Positions 1 through 11,412 of a stretch of 64,000 nt of DNA are shown here, piece after piece (position 1 is the stretch's first letter; each line of letters starts with the position of its first letter). This DNA is from an uncultured delta proteobacterium (GTDB lineage Bacteria; Desulfobacterota; Binatia; UBA9968). The DNA is taken from contig CAVXEP010000012.1 in NCBI GenBank assembly GCA_963760795.1, forward strand, positions 32,001 through 96,000, read 5' to 3'. A model generated the notes under the pieces. It was not told the DNA's origin, did no database searches, and was given only the letters and a program-made list of their open reading frames with translations. Both the position numbers and the translations under genes were made by a program.

Positions 1-251
1 GCTAGGGTATCGTAGAAAGTAATTTCATCGTTCTTCGCTGCCGCGCCAGCGGCTGCCCCGGCTGGCTTGACCGGTATCCTTACCAGAGGCTCGTCTTTTT
101 TAAGAATCTTTCGCTCTTCGAGTTCTTTGCCGACCATCATGCCGATGAGAAATACGACGATGGATGCCAAGGTAAATGTACCGCCCAGGATGATCATCTG
201 GCCGCGGCTAAGATAGTAACGGCTGTCTTTGCCTCTACGGTTCTCCGCCAT
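1..251 (-). CDS. SPOR/FtsN-like bitopic membrane protein, N-terminal part (runs off window)
   Basis: Manual translation from ATG 251: MAENRRGKDSRYYLSRGQMIILGGTFTLASIVVFLIGMMVGKELEERK...DEITFYDTL; one TM helix plus the TFYDTL motif typical of the FtsN-like gene that follows argS. Confidence 0.6.
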   Translation of the reverse strand, partial: MAENRRGKDSRYYLSRGQMIILGGTFTLASIVVFLIGMMVGKELEERKILKKDEPLVRIPVKPAGAAAGAAAKNDEITFYDTL

Positions 252-282
252 TTCGATTAACCCCTTGCCCTTCACGGACTGG

Positions 283-1972
283 TCAAACTTCGGTTTCCGC
301 CCTTGCGGCCATTTTCATCGGTGCATCGACACCGAGAATCTCCAACCCCCGGCGAATCGTCTTTTGAATATTCGCCAAAAGCAGCAAACGCGCCCGGCTC
401 AAGTCGATATCGTCGGATACCACCCGGTTGCGGTTGTAGTAACGATGAAACTCGCCGGCGAACTCTAGTAAATAAAATACCATGCGGTGTGGTTCGAGCT
501 CGCGCACCGACTCCTCCAACACGTCGTTGAACTGAATCATCTTACGGATCAACTCCAGCTCTTCCGGCAAGCTCCAAGCGCTCCACCGGCACCGACTCAA
601 GCGCGCCCAGGGCAACACCGTTTTTGGCAGCTTGCTCGAAAATACTCGCCACCCGCGCGTGGGCGTACTGCACGTAGAATACTGGATTCTCGCTCGATTG
701 TTTCTTCGCCAACTCCAGATCGAAGTCGAGATGGCTGTCCGACTTGCGCATGAGGAAGAAAAACCGCGCCGCGTCGCGCCCGACTTCTTGGAGCACGTCT
801 TCGAGAGCAACGAATTCGCCGGTGCGTTTACCCATGCGCACCGGTTCGCCGCCGCGGGTGAGCTGGACCATCTGGACCAGCACCACCTGCAAAGCATCGG
901 CGTCGTAACCCAGGCCCTGCATCGCCGCCTTCAAGCGCGGCACATAGCCATGATGATCGGCGCCCCAGACGTTGATCAGTTTGGTAAACTTACGCTCAAA
1001 TTTGTTGCGATGATACGCGATGTCGGCGGCGAAATAAGTCAGCTCGCCGTCGCTCTTGATCACCGTACGATCTTTATCGTCGCCGAATTGGGTCGAGCGA
1101 AACCACTCGGCGCCGTCTTGAGAGTAGAGCAAACCGCAGCTCGCGCAGGCGCGCCATCGACTGCGTCACTTCGTCACGCTCGCGCATCGCCTTCTCGCTG
1201 AAATAAGAGTCGAAGCGGATGCCGAACTCGCCCAGCTGGCCACGGATGGTGTTCGAGCAGCGAATCGCCGCCAACTTGCCGAAAGAACGCCACCGCGCTG
1301 GCCTTGTCCGGCACGCAAATATTTGTCGCCGTCGCGGGCTTTCACCTCGGCGGCGAGCGTCGTTGACGTAGTCGCCCGGGTACCCGCCCTCGGGAAACTC
1401 CGCCGGCTGGCCCAATTGCTCAAGGTAGCGCGCATACAGTGACAAGCCGAGATTCTCCATCTGGTTGCCGGCGTCATTGACGTAATACTCGCGCTCGACG
1501 GTGAAACCGGTGGCTTCGTGCAAGCGCGCCAGGACATCGCCGATCACTGCGACCCGGCCATGACCGACATGGAGCGGCCCGGTCGGATTGACGCTGGCGA
1601 ACTCCACCTGCACTTTGCGCGCCATGGCCGATATCGATCTTGTCATGTTGGCCCGGCGGCGATCTCGCGCAGTCTGGGCAAAGTAAAACTTCGGCGTGAA
1701 CGCGAAATTCAAAAATCCCGGTCCGGCGATCTCTTGGCGCGCCAGCAGGCCGTCGGGATCGTCGATATTTTTTAGGATCGCTTCGGCGATCATGCGCGGG
1801 TTTTTTTTGCGCTCTTCGCCCACAGCATGGCGACGTTCGACGACAAGTCGCCGAACTCGCGCTGCTTCGGCGGCTCAAGATGCAGAGCGGGGAGCTCTGC
1901 GATATTCAGCTCTCCGTCCTTTGCCATCTTCTCGATAGCTTGAGTTAAAAGTTCCCTAAGATGACTTCGCAT
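283..1972 (-). CDS. argS: Arginine--tRNA ligase, broken by several single-base frameshifts (probably sequencing errors)
   Basis: Fragments in alternating frames: [36 protein letters not shown] (HIGH), [60 protein letters not shown]. Confidence 0.93.
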
Positions 1973-2321
1973 CGCGCTTCTTAAATCATCCGCCGCCATG
2001 CCGGCCGGCAAATTCACTACCGGCCAGAGGATCCAATTGAAATTTTTTGGGATAAACGATTAACGATGAAGCAATGTAACTGAATGAAATGTCCCGTGCA
2101 AACCGAAATTCCAGCTGCCATCAATTCGTTCCATCATCCAAACAGCCAGACGAAGGTGCCCACCCCAATTATCCTCGGCAGGAAATCCTGTCCCGTAGAG
2201 CGAAGACAGATCGAACATTCCGCCGTAAAAATTGGACCTAACAAAGGCGCCAGGAAGCACCAGCATACACAGAATCCTTCTCGTCACCGAAGCGCGGCTG
2301 CGGCCACAAACCAACCGCGCA

Positions 2322-2781
2322 CTATAGTGCGATCAGCTCCGACACTGAAGTTCGATCAGCTCCGACACTCGAGGAGATAACCATAAGCAGCTGCCAATTC
2401 CTAGTCAGATCTGAGGCCAGCCGCAGCTCTAGTCTCTCCATCGAAAACCAACCCTGCTTCTGCATCAACACCGCGGCCTTCTTGATCAGCTCCATCGCCA
2501 GCTTCATGTTCAAGTCTTCGAGTTCCTTGAAGCGTATACAGCTTCGTCCGGTAACTTTGCCGATTCGGCTTTTGTTCTTCTCCGCAAGGTAGCCGTCCTT
2601 GTCACAGCCACAGATATACAGGCTGACCTAATTCTTCTGGCTGGTTAGACCGACGACGAACCAATCGCCCTCCCGGCCGCTGGCGTACTTGTAGCGGTAC
2701 AGGCCGTAACCGAGCATGCCGTGCATGATATGCGTTTGAATTTCGGCACCGCAGCGCGAATCGCTTTGTGAATCGCGCTTA
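2322..2781 (-). pseudogene. DUF1801 (YdhG-like) family protein, disrupted
   Basis: Manual translation ...IHKAIRAAVPK / HGMLGYGLYRYKYASGREGDWFVVGLTSQKN*VSLYICG...GRSCIRFKELEDL; one frameshift near 2733, in-frame TAG at 2628-2630, no clear start codon. Confidence 0.7.
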
Positions 2782-2882
2782 CTATCTTCCGGCGCGGTGC
2801 CGCCAAACTGGCAAGATAATCGCTTGGGTTTTAACCTGCGGGTTAGCGCGCATGGCTTGGTAACCCGTCGAAGGCCTAACCG

Positions 2883-3420
2883 CTAGCGCAATGTCAGAAA
2901 CTTCGCGGGGACATTCTCGACTAAAAACAGAGGCCCGCACTCGTAGAAGCGAACTCCTTCGGCGTGATGCCGCCTGAGCGTCGATGACGAGGATCACCGG
3001 CGCCGTATCATGCCGGCGCGCCACCGACTCGGCCTCCGCCGCCGTGACGCTCAAATGCACATACTGACGGTCGCGCGGTTCGAGGCCACGGCGGAGCATC
3101 GACTCTGCCAGGTCCCGCGCCGCGCCAAAATAAAGCTCGACTGGCGGCTCAGCCAACCTGCCGCCGAGATCGACTGGAAACGAATGACCGTAGGTCGCGC
3201 GAACGTTATCGCCGCGAATCTCGAAACGCTTCTTCGAGCCACCGACGATCAGCGCGCGTATCTGTTCCTCGCTGACATCGTAGAAGCGCTGCCGCACCAG
3301 GTCGACTACATCTTGCCACGGCGCGAAACCCTCGCCGTCGATCGCCAAGGGATAATCCTTGGGTTTGTGACGCAAGAGGAACGTCAAAAAGCGCGACAGT
3401 CGTTCCGGTGCCAGCGCCAC
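2883..3420 (-). CDS. kptA: RNA 2'-phosphotransferase (KptA/Tpt1 family), one frameshift near 2968
   Basis: LSRFLTFLLRH, KKRFEI, VRATYGHS, GLEPRDRQYVHLS, PVILVIDA; the shifted frame resumes HAEGVRFYECGPLFLVENVPAKFL to TAG at 2883. Confidence 0.88.
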
Positions 3421-3430
3421 GTTATCCTCG

Positions 3431-4309
3431 CTATGTTTTCGCCCCGGTGATGATGTCGTAAACGTTGCAGGCGATGCCGGTGGCTTCATAACCGTCCTGG
3501 CCGGTGGCCTGGGCGATGGAAAACATCTGGTAGGCCAAGGCGACGAACGGCATCGGCACTTCCATCTCCCGCGCCATGTCGAGGCCGAAACCGACATCCT
3601 TGGGCATCCACGACTTGCGCGGTTTGTACTTCTTGCTGACGATGATCTCCATGATCCGGTCGATGGCGACTGAATCCTGCTGGGAATTTTTCAGGATCGT
3701 GCGAAAGGTGTCTTCGCTGAGACCGCCCTTTTTCAGCCAAGCGCAAGTCTCAGCCAGACTCAAGTGCACCACCGCGGCGAACATCGCCATGGCGTTTTTC
3801 ACCAGCTTGGCGTTGCCCAGCTCACCGACGAAAATGATCTTGTTACCCATCGCCTTGAAGATATCCTGATGCTTGTCGAACACCGCTTTCGATCCCGATA
3901 GCCAAAGCGACAATGTGCCGGCCGCAGCCGCCTCTTCGACCCCGCCCGCTGAACCATCGAGAATTGTCCAGCCCTTTTTCACAAGCTCAGCTTCGACGCC
4001 GACGATGGTCTTCTTGTCGATGCTGCTGAAATCGATCCACGTCTTGGCGCCGCTGGCGGCTTCATGCAGTCCGCCTTTGCCCAAGCCGACGGCTTGCACG
4101 GCTTGATTGTATGGCAACATCGAGCACACCACGTCGCATGACTCCGCCACCGCTTTGGGCGAGTCTTTGAACACCGCGCCCTGGCCTTCCAGGCCTTGGC
4201 ACTGCTCGCGGCGCAGATCGGTGATGATTAGCTTATTGCCGGCCTTGATCAAGTTGGCCGCCATGCCGCTGCCCATGCCCCCGGTGCCGATGAATCCTAG
4301 ATTTGCCAT
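3431..4309 (-). CDS. NAD(P)-dependent beta-hydroxyacid dehydrogenase (3-hydroxyisobutyrate/tartronate semialdehyde reductase family)
   Basis: GFIGTGGMGSGMAANL Rossmann motif, catalytic K in AKLVKN, KDVGF motif, 292 aa. Confidence 0.85.
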   Translation of the reverse strand: MANLGFIGTGGMGSGMAANLIKAGNKLIITDLRREQCQGLEGQGAVFKDSPKAVAESCDVVCSMLPYNQAVQAVGLGKGGLHEAASGAKTWIDFSSIDKKTIVGVEAELVKKGWTILDGSAGGVEEAAAAGTLSLWLSGSKAVFDKHQDIFKAMGNKIIFVGELGNAKLVKNAMAMFAAVVHLSLAETCAWLKKGGLSEDTFRTILKNSQQDSVAIDRIMEIIVSKKYKPRKSWMPKDVGFGLDMAREMEVPMPFVALAYQMFSIAQATGQDGYEATGIACNVYDIITGAKT

Positions 4310-4342
4310 GTTGCCTCCCGAGAAATTTAGGTGAATTGATAA

Positions 4343-4724
4343 TCAGTCTACCAACCGCACGCCTGCCGGCCATAGAACCAGCACGACCGTCTCGCCAACC
4401 GCCCGCGGCGTATGCACCGACTGGGGATCGAGAAACACCACGTCGCCGGATTCGTACTCACCGGTTTCATCGCCGATCTTGCCCTTGAGCACCAGATAAA
4501 ACTCGCCGCCCAAATGCTCATGCTTCACGAACGCGTCGGGCGAAGCATCGGCCGCGATGCGATAGAGCACCAACTCGCGCTGGCCCTGCCGCGCCAAGCG
4601 CGACATCGCCAGCCCATTGCCGAAGTCGCGCCAACGTCAATCGAGCCAGTGCCGCATCGTCGAGCTGAATCGAGAGAAAATCGTTAAGCGAGCGGCGCAA
4701 TACGCCAGTGCCATTTTCCGCCAC
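4343..4724 (-). CDS. ChrR-like cupin domain protein, one frameshift near 4634
   Basis: Joined frames ...LTWRDFGNGLAMSRLARQG...HEHLGGEFYLVLKG...GDVVFLDPQSVHTP (cupin H-x-H...E...H). Confidence 0.75.
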
Positions 4725-4960
4725 GGCGTTTAACTATCACGACTAATCAGTGAACAAAAGACGGGAAGGCTGGCTCGACAAGAGGCAACGCAGGGACAGC
4801 GCTGAAGTTGCAAAGGCGATCGCCAGGGTGCGGTCAAAATACTGCCAAGCATTGCTTCTCTACTGAGTTCTATCAAAGTTGCCGTCGGCGCGTTCGCGCA
4901 TCGGAACTGGGACGCAAAGAAGGTCGGGATTTCTTGGTGGTCCTCGCAAAACTTTTTACG

Positions 4961-6790
4961 TCACGAGCGCAGCCACTCGACGATCCGCTCGACGCAGACT
5001 TCCGGTCTGGCCTCCAACGTGCGCAAGTGGATCTCCGGGGTTTCGGGCGCTTCGTAGTCGCTGTCGATGCCGGTGAAGTTTTTTAGCTCGCCGCGCCGGG
5101 CCTTGGCGTAAAGGCCCTTGACGTCGCGGCGTTCGCATTCCTCCAATGGCGTGTCGACGAATATTTCGACGAACTCGCCGGACTCGAACAAACCGCGCGC
5201 CAGTTCGCGTTCAGCGCGGTAAGGCGAAATGAATGAAACGATGACAATCAACCCCGCGTCCACCAGCAGTTTCGCCACTTCGCCGATGCGCCGAATGTTT
5301 TCGACCCGATCGGCTTCGGTGAAGCCTAAGTCACGGTTGAGACCGTGGCGCACGTTGTCGCCGTCAAGGATGTAAGTGTGCCGGCCGTCGACGTGTAACC
5401 GTTTTTCCAACAAGTTGGCGACGGTCGATTTGCCCGAGCCCGAAAGACCGGTAAACCACAAGCAGCGCGGCTGTTGCTGCTTCAAGCCCGCGCGCGCCGG
5501 CTTGGTCACTTCGAGCGCCTGCCAATGCACATTGACGGCGCGGCGCAGGGCAAAATGAATCACGCCGGCGCAGACGGTCTCATGGGTCAGCTTGTCGATT
5601 AATATGAACGCGCCCAACCGGTGGTTGTCGCGATAGGCGGCATAGGGCACCGGACGGTCGAAGCTGACATTGACGGTGGCGATCTCGTTCAAGCCCAGCG
5701 CTTTGGCCGCGAGGTGAGCACCGCTGTTGATGTCGAGACGATGCTTGATGTCGGTGATGCTCACATTGGCGGACTTGCTGTGAATTTGCCCGGCGTACGC
5801 GCGCCCCGGCAACATCGGATGTTCGCTCATCCAGAGAATCTCCGCCTCGAACTGATCCGCCACTTCGATTGGTCGGTCGGCGGCGGCAATGACATCGCCG
5901 CGGCTGGCGTCTATTTCATTCTCCAGCACCAACGTCACCGAATCGCCGGCATCGGCCTCTGGCAGGGGGCCACCCCAAACCGAGATTTCTTTGACGCTGC
6001 TGACAACCCCTGATGGACTGACACGCACGCGATCGCCGGGTCTAATCGAACCGCTGCCGATGCGTCCGGAGAAGCCGCGAAAATCCAGGTTGGGGCGATT
6101 GACCCACTGCACGGGCATGGTGAATGATTGCGTAGATTGGCGTTCGGCGCTGGGCACCGTTTCCAGCCAGTGCAGCAAACTCTGGCCATGATACCAAGGC
6201 ATCGTCGCTGGGGCTGGTTCAAGAATATTCTGCCCTTCGAGCGCCGACAGCGGGATCGCCGTGATGCTGGTGAACTCTAAATCCTGCGCGAACTGTCGGT
6301 AGGCTGCGTCAATTTCTTCAAACCGGGACTGCGACCAGTCGACCAGATCCATCTTGTTGATCGCCAGGGCGATATGACGGACGCCAAACATCGCCGCGAT
6401 TCGGCTGTGCCGTTTGGTTTGCGTGAGCACGCCTTTGCGCGCATCGATCAACAGCACCGCCGCGTCGGCGGTGGATGCGCCGGTGGCCATGTTGCGCGTG
6501 TATTGCTCGTGACCGGGAGTATCGGCGACGATAAAGCGCCGCTTGGAGGTCGAGAAAAAACGGTAGGCGACATCGATCGTAATGCCTTGCTCGCGCTCGG
6601 CCTGCAAGCCGTCGACGAGCAGCGCAAGATCGAGGCGTTCGCCTTGGGTGCCGAACTTCTTCGAATCGGCCATGAGCGCTTCAAGCTGATCTTCGAAGAT
6701 TAACTTGGTTTCGTACAGCAAGCGGCCGATCAATGTCGATTTGCCGTCGTCGACGCTGCCGCAGGTAATGAAGCGCAGGGTATCCATCAA
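4961..6790 (-). CDS. cysNC: Bifunctional sulfate adenylyltransferase large subunit / APS kinase (CysNC/NodQ)
   Basis: [39 protein letters not shown]; C-terminal [29 protein letters not shown]. Confidence 0.96.
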   Translation of the reverse strand: MMDTLRFITCGSVDDGKSTLIGRLLYETKLIFEDQLEALMADSKKFGTQGERLDLALLVDGLQAEREQGITIDVAYRFFSTSKRRFIVADTPGHEQYTRNMATGASTADAAVLLIDARKGVLTQTKRHSRIAAMFGVRHIALAINKMDLVDWSQSRFEEIDAAYRQFAQDLEFTSITAIPLSALEGQNILEPAPATMPWYHGQSLLHWLETVPSAERQSTQSFTMPVQWVNRPNLDFRGFSGRIGSGSIRPGDRVRVSPSGVVSSVKEISVWGGPLPEADAGDSVTLVLENEIDASRGDVIAAADRPIEVADQFEAEILWMSEHPMLPGRAYAGQIHSKSANVSITDIKHRLDINSGAHLAAKALGLNEIATVNVSFDRPVPYAAYRDNHRLGAFILIDKLTHETVCAGVIHFALRRAVNVHWQALEVTKPARAGLKQQQPRCLWFTGLSGSGKSTVANLLEKRLHVDGRHTYILDGDNVRHGLNRDLGFTEADRVENIRRIGEVAKLLVDAGLIVIVSFISPYRAERELARGLFESGEFVEIFVDTPLEECERRDVKGLYAKARRGELKNFTGIDSDYEAPETPEIHLRTLEARPEVCVERIVEWLRS

Positions 6791-7686
6791 AAATACCCTT
6801 CCTGTTTTTTTCGCTCCATGGAGCCGGCGCCGTCGTGATCGATGACCCGCCCTTGGCGCTCCGAAGTCGTGGCGCCGAGAGTTTCGGCGACAATTTCTGC
6901 GAGGGTGGCGGCGCTACTTTCGACGGCCGCCGTCAGCGGATAGCAGCCGAGCGTACGAAAACGCACCAAGCGCAGCTCTGGGGCCTCCCCGGGTTCGAGC
7001 GGCAGCCGATGGTCGTCAACCATGATCCATTGGCCGTAGCGTTTGACCACTGGGCGCTGGGCCGCGAAATAGAGCGGCACGATCGGAATCTGCTCGTGCT
7101 CAATGTAGCCCCAGATGTCCGCCTCGGTCCAATTGGATAAGGGAAAAACGCGAATCGATTCGCCGGGATGAATTCGCGTGTTGTAAAGGTTCCACAGTTC
7201 CGGCCGCTGCGCTTTGGGCTCCCAGCGATGGCCCGGTGCCCGAAAGGAAAAAATTCTTTCCTTGGCGCGCGACTTCTCCTCGTCGCGCCGGGCGCCGCCA
7301 AAGGCGACGTCGAAACCGTGCAGATCGAGCGCTTGTTTAAGCGCTTCGGTCTTCATGACATCGGTGTGAAACGCCGACCCATGGGTAAACGGACCGATCC
7401 CTTCGGCAGCACCGCGTGGGTTGGTATAGCGGATCAATCGGCAGCCGACTTCCTCGACAACCCGATCGCGAAACGCGATCATCTCGCGGAACTTCCAGCC
7501 GGTATCGATATGCAGCAGCGGAAACGGCATCGGCCCCGGATAAAAAGCCTTCTGCGCCAACCTTAACATCACCGAGGAGTCCTTGCCGATGGAATAGAGC
7601 ATCACCGGCTTGGCAGCCGTCGCCGCCACCTCGCGGAAGATTTCGATGGATTCTGATTCGAGTTGTGAAAATGTGCCGATGGACAT
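6787..7686 (-). CDS. cysD: Sulfate adenylyltransferase small subunit
   Basis: [45 protein letters not shown]; 4-nt overlap with cysNC. Confidence 0.97.
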   Translation of the reverse strand: MSIGTFSQLESESIEIFREVAATAAKPVMLYSIGKDSSVMLRLAQKAFYPGPMPFPLLHIDTGWKFREMIAFRDRVVEEVGCRLIRYTNPRGAAEGIGPFTHGSAFHTDVMKTEALKQALDLHGFDVAFGGARRDEEKSRAKERIFSFRAPGHRWEPKAQRPELWNLYNTRIHPGESIRVFPLSNWTEADIWGYIEHEQIPIVPLYFAAQRPVVKRYGQWIMVDDHRLPLEPGEAPELRLVRFRTLGCYPLTAAVESSAATLAEIVAETLGATTSERQGRVIDHDGAGSMERKKQEGYF

Positions 7687-7973
7687 TACGCGTTCGCCGA
7701 TGTTAGTAGTTTTTCATGGTGCGGGTATCGGCATAGACATCACCGAAATTATCACTGAAAACCGCGCCGGATAAATACGCCATTCCGACTCGAAGCGCAA
7801 GGGCCCGTCACTGACATATCGAACAGCAAGTCCAATCTGGCAAAACCATTGGCGCGTCAACCACTTACGCGCCGACTTGGCTCGGCTAAGCAGCCAACGC
7901 GAACCAGAACCGCCCGCCAGCTTGATGGTCGCCGGCGGCGGATCTGATCGAAGTCAATTGTCAGGGACACCTG

Positions 7974-8423
7974 CTAAGCGGCCGCGACTTGTTGCTGCTG
8001 TTCGCGTTCGCGGCGCCGCGCGCGGCGGCCTTTTTTCGCGCCAGCCGATGAGGCTTCAACGCCGGCTTCGTTACCGACCAGCTCGATCAATGCCATCTGT
8101 GCGGCATCGCCATGACGAACCCCCAGCTTGATGATTCTGGTGTAACCGCCTGGGCGATCCTTGAAACGCGGTCCGATGGTATCGAAAAGTTTCTGGAGCA
8201 CGGTTTTGTCGAAGAGGATGCTCGCCGCCTGACGGCGCGCGTGCAAGTCGCCGCGTTTGCCGAGGGTGATGACCCGTTCCACCCAACGGCGCAATTCTTT
8301 AGCCTTGGGGTCGGTGGTTTGAATCTTTTCCTCGCGCAACAGCGCGGTGATCAGATTGCGCATCAAGGCCCAACGATGGCTGGAGTTGCGGCTCAGTTGC
8401 CGGCCGGATTTGAGATGACGCAT
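7974..8423 (-). CDS. rplQ: 50S ribosomal protein L17
   Basis: [27 protein letters not shown]. Confidence 0.98.
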   Translation of the reverse strand: MRHLKSGRQLSRNSSHRWALMRNLITALLREEKIQTTDPKAKELRRWVERVITLGKRGDLHARRQAASILFDKTVLQKLFDTIGPRFKDRPGGYTRIIKLGVRHGDAAQMALIELVGNEAGVEASSAGAKKGRRARRREREQQQQVAAA

Positions 8424-8431
8424 GGTAACGA

Positions 8432-9454
8432 CTACTCCTTGTCAGGACTGCGCTTGCGCGCTTCGACTTCCGCGCGAGATGGAAAGTGATCCACTTTCAT
8501 GCCCAGTTCCAGGCCCATCTCGCGCAGGATTTCCTTGATCTCGTTCAAAGATTTATGGCCAAAGTTTTTCGTCCGCAGCATCTCGTGTTCGCTCTTCTGC
8601 ACCAGCTCGCCGATGTATTTGATATCGGCGTTTTGCAAGCAGTTCTGCGAACGCACCGAGAATTCGAGCTCGTCGACGCTGCGAAACAGGTTCTCGTTGA
8701 GCGGGATCGACGGCCCGTCGTCGCGCTTTTCCGGCCGCGGTTCGTCTTGGAAGTTGACGAAAATGCTCACCTGGTCCTGGAGAATTTTCGCCGCGAAGGC
8801 CATCGCGTCGTCCGGCTTGACGCTGCCGTCGGTGTGGACGTCGAACACTAAGCGATCGTAATCGGTACGCTGGCCGACCCGCGCGTTGGAAACCGTGAAG
8901 TTGACCTTCAGCACCGGCGAAAAAATCGCGTCGATAAAAATCGTGTCCACCGGCGCGCTCTCTTCTTTGTTACGCTCCGCCGGGACATAGCCGCGGCCGA
9001 GCTTGACCAATAATTCCATGTCGAGCCTGCCGTCGCGCGAGAGCGTCGCGATCTTGTGATCGGGATTGAGGATGTCGACCGCCGCCGATCCGCCGATATC
9101 CTTGGCGCTCACGACGCCTGGACCTTTAGCATCGATCTTCAGCGTAGCTTGTTCACCCTCGTTCAGCCGCAGGCGAACTTCTTTTAAGTTTAGAATGATT
9201 TCGGCAACATCCTCAGTGACGCCGGCCACCGTGGAGAATTCGTGCAAAACGCCCTTGATCCGCACCGCGACGATGGAGGCGCCCATGAGCGAGGACAAAA
9301 GAATCCGGCGCACCGAGTTGCCGATGGTTTGGCCGAACCCACGCTCGAACGGCTCCGCTGTAAAACGGCCAAACGTCGCTGTCAGAGTTCGCTCTTCCAC
9401 CTCCAACTGTTTGGGTTTGATCAGCTCCGTCCAATGCTTGTACATTGTCGACAT
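8432..9454 (-). CDS. rpoA: RNA polymerase alpha subunit
   Basis: [37 protein letters not shown]. Confidence 0.99.
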   Translation of the reverse strand: MSTMYKHWTELIKPKQLEVEERTLTATFGRFTAEPFERGFGQTIGNSVRRILLSSLMGASIVAVRIKGVLHEFSTVAGVTEDVAEIILNLKEVRLRLNEGEQATLKIDAKGPGVVSAKDIGGSAAVDILNPDHKIATLSRDGRLDMELLVKLGRGYVPAERNKEESAPVDTIFIDAIFSPVLKVNFTVSNARVGQRTDYDRLVFDVHTDGSVKPDDAMAFAAKILQDQVSIFVNFQDEPRPEKRDDGPSIPLNENLFRSVDELEFSVRSQNCLQNADIKYIGELVQKSEHEMLRTKNFGHKSLNEIKEILREMGLELGMKVDHFPSRAEVEARKRSPDKE

Positions 9455-9476
9455 ATCGTCTCCCAGGATTCGCTGC

Positions 9477-10103
9477 TTATTTCGAATACAATTCTACGAT
9501 CAGTTTTTCGTTGATCGGCATGGTGATATCGCTGCGCGTCGGCAGGATCTTGATGCGCCCGCTGAACGCTTCACGGTCGACTTCGGCCCAATCGGGCACG
9601 CCGCGGCGCTGCGACCCTTCCAACGCCGACATCACCCGGGTGATCTGCCGGCTCGGCTCCTTGACGGCAATCACATCGCCGACACGAACCGTAAATGACG
9701 GAATATTCACCTTCTTGCCATTCACCAATATATGGCCATGGCGCACCAAGGAGCGCGCTTCGGCTCTCGAGCTGGCGAAGCCCACCCGGTAGGTGACATT
9801 GTCGAGCCGCCGTTCCAGCAGCACCAGCAAGGTCTCGCCGGTAATTCCTTTGGTACGCGCCGCTTCGGTGAAGGTGCGGCGGAATTGGTTTTCCAATAGG
9901 CCGTACATGCGCTTCACTTTTTGCTTCTCGCGCAGCTGCAGGCTGTATTCCGAGAACTTCGGCCGACCCTGGCCATGCTGGCCGGGCGGGTAGGTGCGCC
10001 GTTCGATGGCGCACTTGTCGGTATAACAGCGCTCACCTTTGAGAAAGAGCTTAAGATTCTCGCGCCGGCAAAGTCGGCACACGGATTCAATATATCTAGC
10101 CAA
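9477..10103 (-). CDS. rpsD: 30S ribosomal protein S4
   Basis: [28 protein letters not shown]. Confidence 0.99.
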   Translation of the reverse strand: MARYIESVCRLCRRENLKLFLKGERCYTDKCAIERRTYPPGQHGQGRPKFSEYSLQLREKQKVKRMYGLLENQFRRTFTEAARTKGITGETLLVLLERRLDNVTYRVGFASSRAEARSLVRHGHILVNGKKVNIPSFTVRVGDVIAVKEPSRQITRVMSALEGSQRRGVPDWAEVDREAFSGRIKILPTRSDITMPINEKLIVELYSK

Positions 10104-10124
10104 ACCTGCTTCCTCCTATAATGA

Positions 10125-10567
10125 TCAAACCCGCCGGCGTTTAGGCGGGCGGCAACCGTTGTGCGGGATCGGCGTAACGTCTTTGATCAGACTGATGCTG
10201 ATACCCGCAGACTGCAAAGCGCGCAGCGCCGACTCACGTCCTGCGCCGGGGCCCCGGACATAGATCTGGACCGTGCGCAACCCATGATCCATGGCCTTCT
10301 TGGCGGCGCTGTCGGCGGCTTGCTGGGCGGCGAACGGCGTGCCCTTGCGCGAACCTTTGAAACCCATCGCGCCGGCGCTGGACCAGGAAATCACGTTGCC
10401 CTGATAGTCCGAAATCGTCACGATGGTGTTATTGAACGTCGAGTGAATATGCACCACACCCTCGGCGATATTTTTGCGGCCGCGCCGTTTGCGCGCGCCG
10501 CCCGGTCGGCGGCCTTGGCGTCGCCCGCCGGCGCTTCGCTCTTCTTTTCATCCGCAGCATCTGCCAT
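10125..10567 (-). CDS. rpsK: 30S ribosomal protein S11 (one frameshift near 10500-10510)
   Basis: [41 protein letters not shown]; ATG at 10567 after AGGAGA, 443-nt span implies one indel. Confidence 0.95.
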
Positions 10568-10591
10568 GAGTTTCTCCTAAATTATCTATGT

Positions 10592-10972
10592 TTACTTCGT
10601 CGGCGCGGTTTTTTTGCCGGCGACGGTTTTGCGCGGTCCCTTGCGGGTGCGCGCGTTGGTGTGGGTGCGCTGGCCACGCACCGGCAAATTCTTGCGATGG
10701 CGCATGCCGCGATAGGAACCCATATCCAAGTGCCGTTTGATGTTACCGGTCACCTCGCGGCGCAGATCGCCTTCGACTTTGTAACTCTGATCGAGCACCT
10801 GGCGAATCTTAGCGACATCGTCGTCGCTCAAATCGTCACTGCGCAAATCCAGAGAAACTCCCGCCGCGGTTAGAATATCGCGCGATGTGCTGCGACCAAT
10901 GCCGTAGACATAAGTGAGCGCGATTTCCATGCGTTTGGCTCTCGGTAAGTCCACCCCTGCGATACGTGCCAT
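10592..10972 (-). CDS. rpsM: 30S ribosomal protein S13
   Basis: [27 protein letters not shown]. Confidence 0.99.
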   Translation of the reverse strand: MARIAGVDLPRAKRMEIALTYVYGIGRSTSRDILTAAGVSLDLRSDDLSDDDVAKIRQVLDQSYKVEGDLRREVTGNIKRHLDMGSYRGMRHRKNLPVRGQRTHTNARTRKGPRKTVAGKKTAPTK

Positions 10973-11027
10973 AGATCCTCACTTGGTTCGGAATTTCAAA
11001 TTACCGATTGCAAATTTCCCAAAAAAC

Positions 11028-11141
11028 TTAGCCTTGCCGTTGTTTGTGCTTAGTGTTCTCGCACAGCACCCGCACCACGCCCTTACGGCGAATCACCTTG
11101 CATTTGTTGCAAATCTTTTTGACTGACGCTCTAACCTTCAC
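11028..11141 (-). CDS. rpmJ: 50S ribosomal protein L36 (zinc-binding type)
   Basis: Manual translation from GTG: [37 protein letters not shown]. Confidence 0.98.
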   Translation of the reverse strand: MKVRASVKKICNKCKVIRRKGVVRVLCENTKHKQRQG

Positions 11142-11155
11142 GGTTTCTCCTCTTG

Positions 11156-11374
11156 CTAGCGCTCGCGGAAGACGATGCGTCCGCGCGCCAAATCGTAGGG
11201 AGACAGCTCGATCTTCACCTTGTCTCCCGGCAGAATTTTGATGTAGTGCATGCGCATTTTCCCCGATATATGGGCTAACACCTTATGATGGTTGTCCAAC
11301 TCCACCCGGAACATGGCGTTGGGCAAGGTCTCTAGCACCGTACCGGTGACTTCGATGGCGTCTTGTTTTGCCAT
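11156..11374 (-). CDS. infA: Translation initiation factor IF-1
   Basis: [29 protein letters not shown]. Confidence 0.99.
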   Translation of the reverse strand: MAKQDAIEVTGTVLETLPNAMFRVELDNHHKVLAHISGKMRMHYIKILPGDKVKIELSPYDLARGRIVFRER

Positions 11375-11412
11375 AGGTAAATCGGGATTCCTTGCTGTCG
11401 TTCTCCTAAACT

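Noticed and set aside
283-1972. argS as a true pseudogene or programmed frameshift gene
   Set aside because: All motifs are intact and indels are scattered across neighbouring genes too; sequencing error is more parsimonious.
2060-2314. Short ORFs upstream of argS
   Set aside because: No recognisable motif or RBS; likely decayed or non-coding sequence.
2628-2630. In-frame TAG in the DUF1801 gene as possible pyrrolysine or recoding
   Set aside because: It falls at a position that is normally Tyr (QKNY), one base from TAT/TAC. The gene also has a frameshift and no start, and TAG is a normal stop in many genes here.
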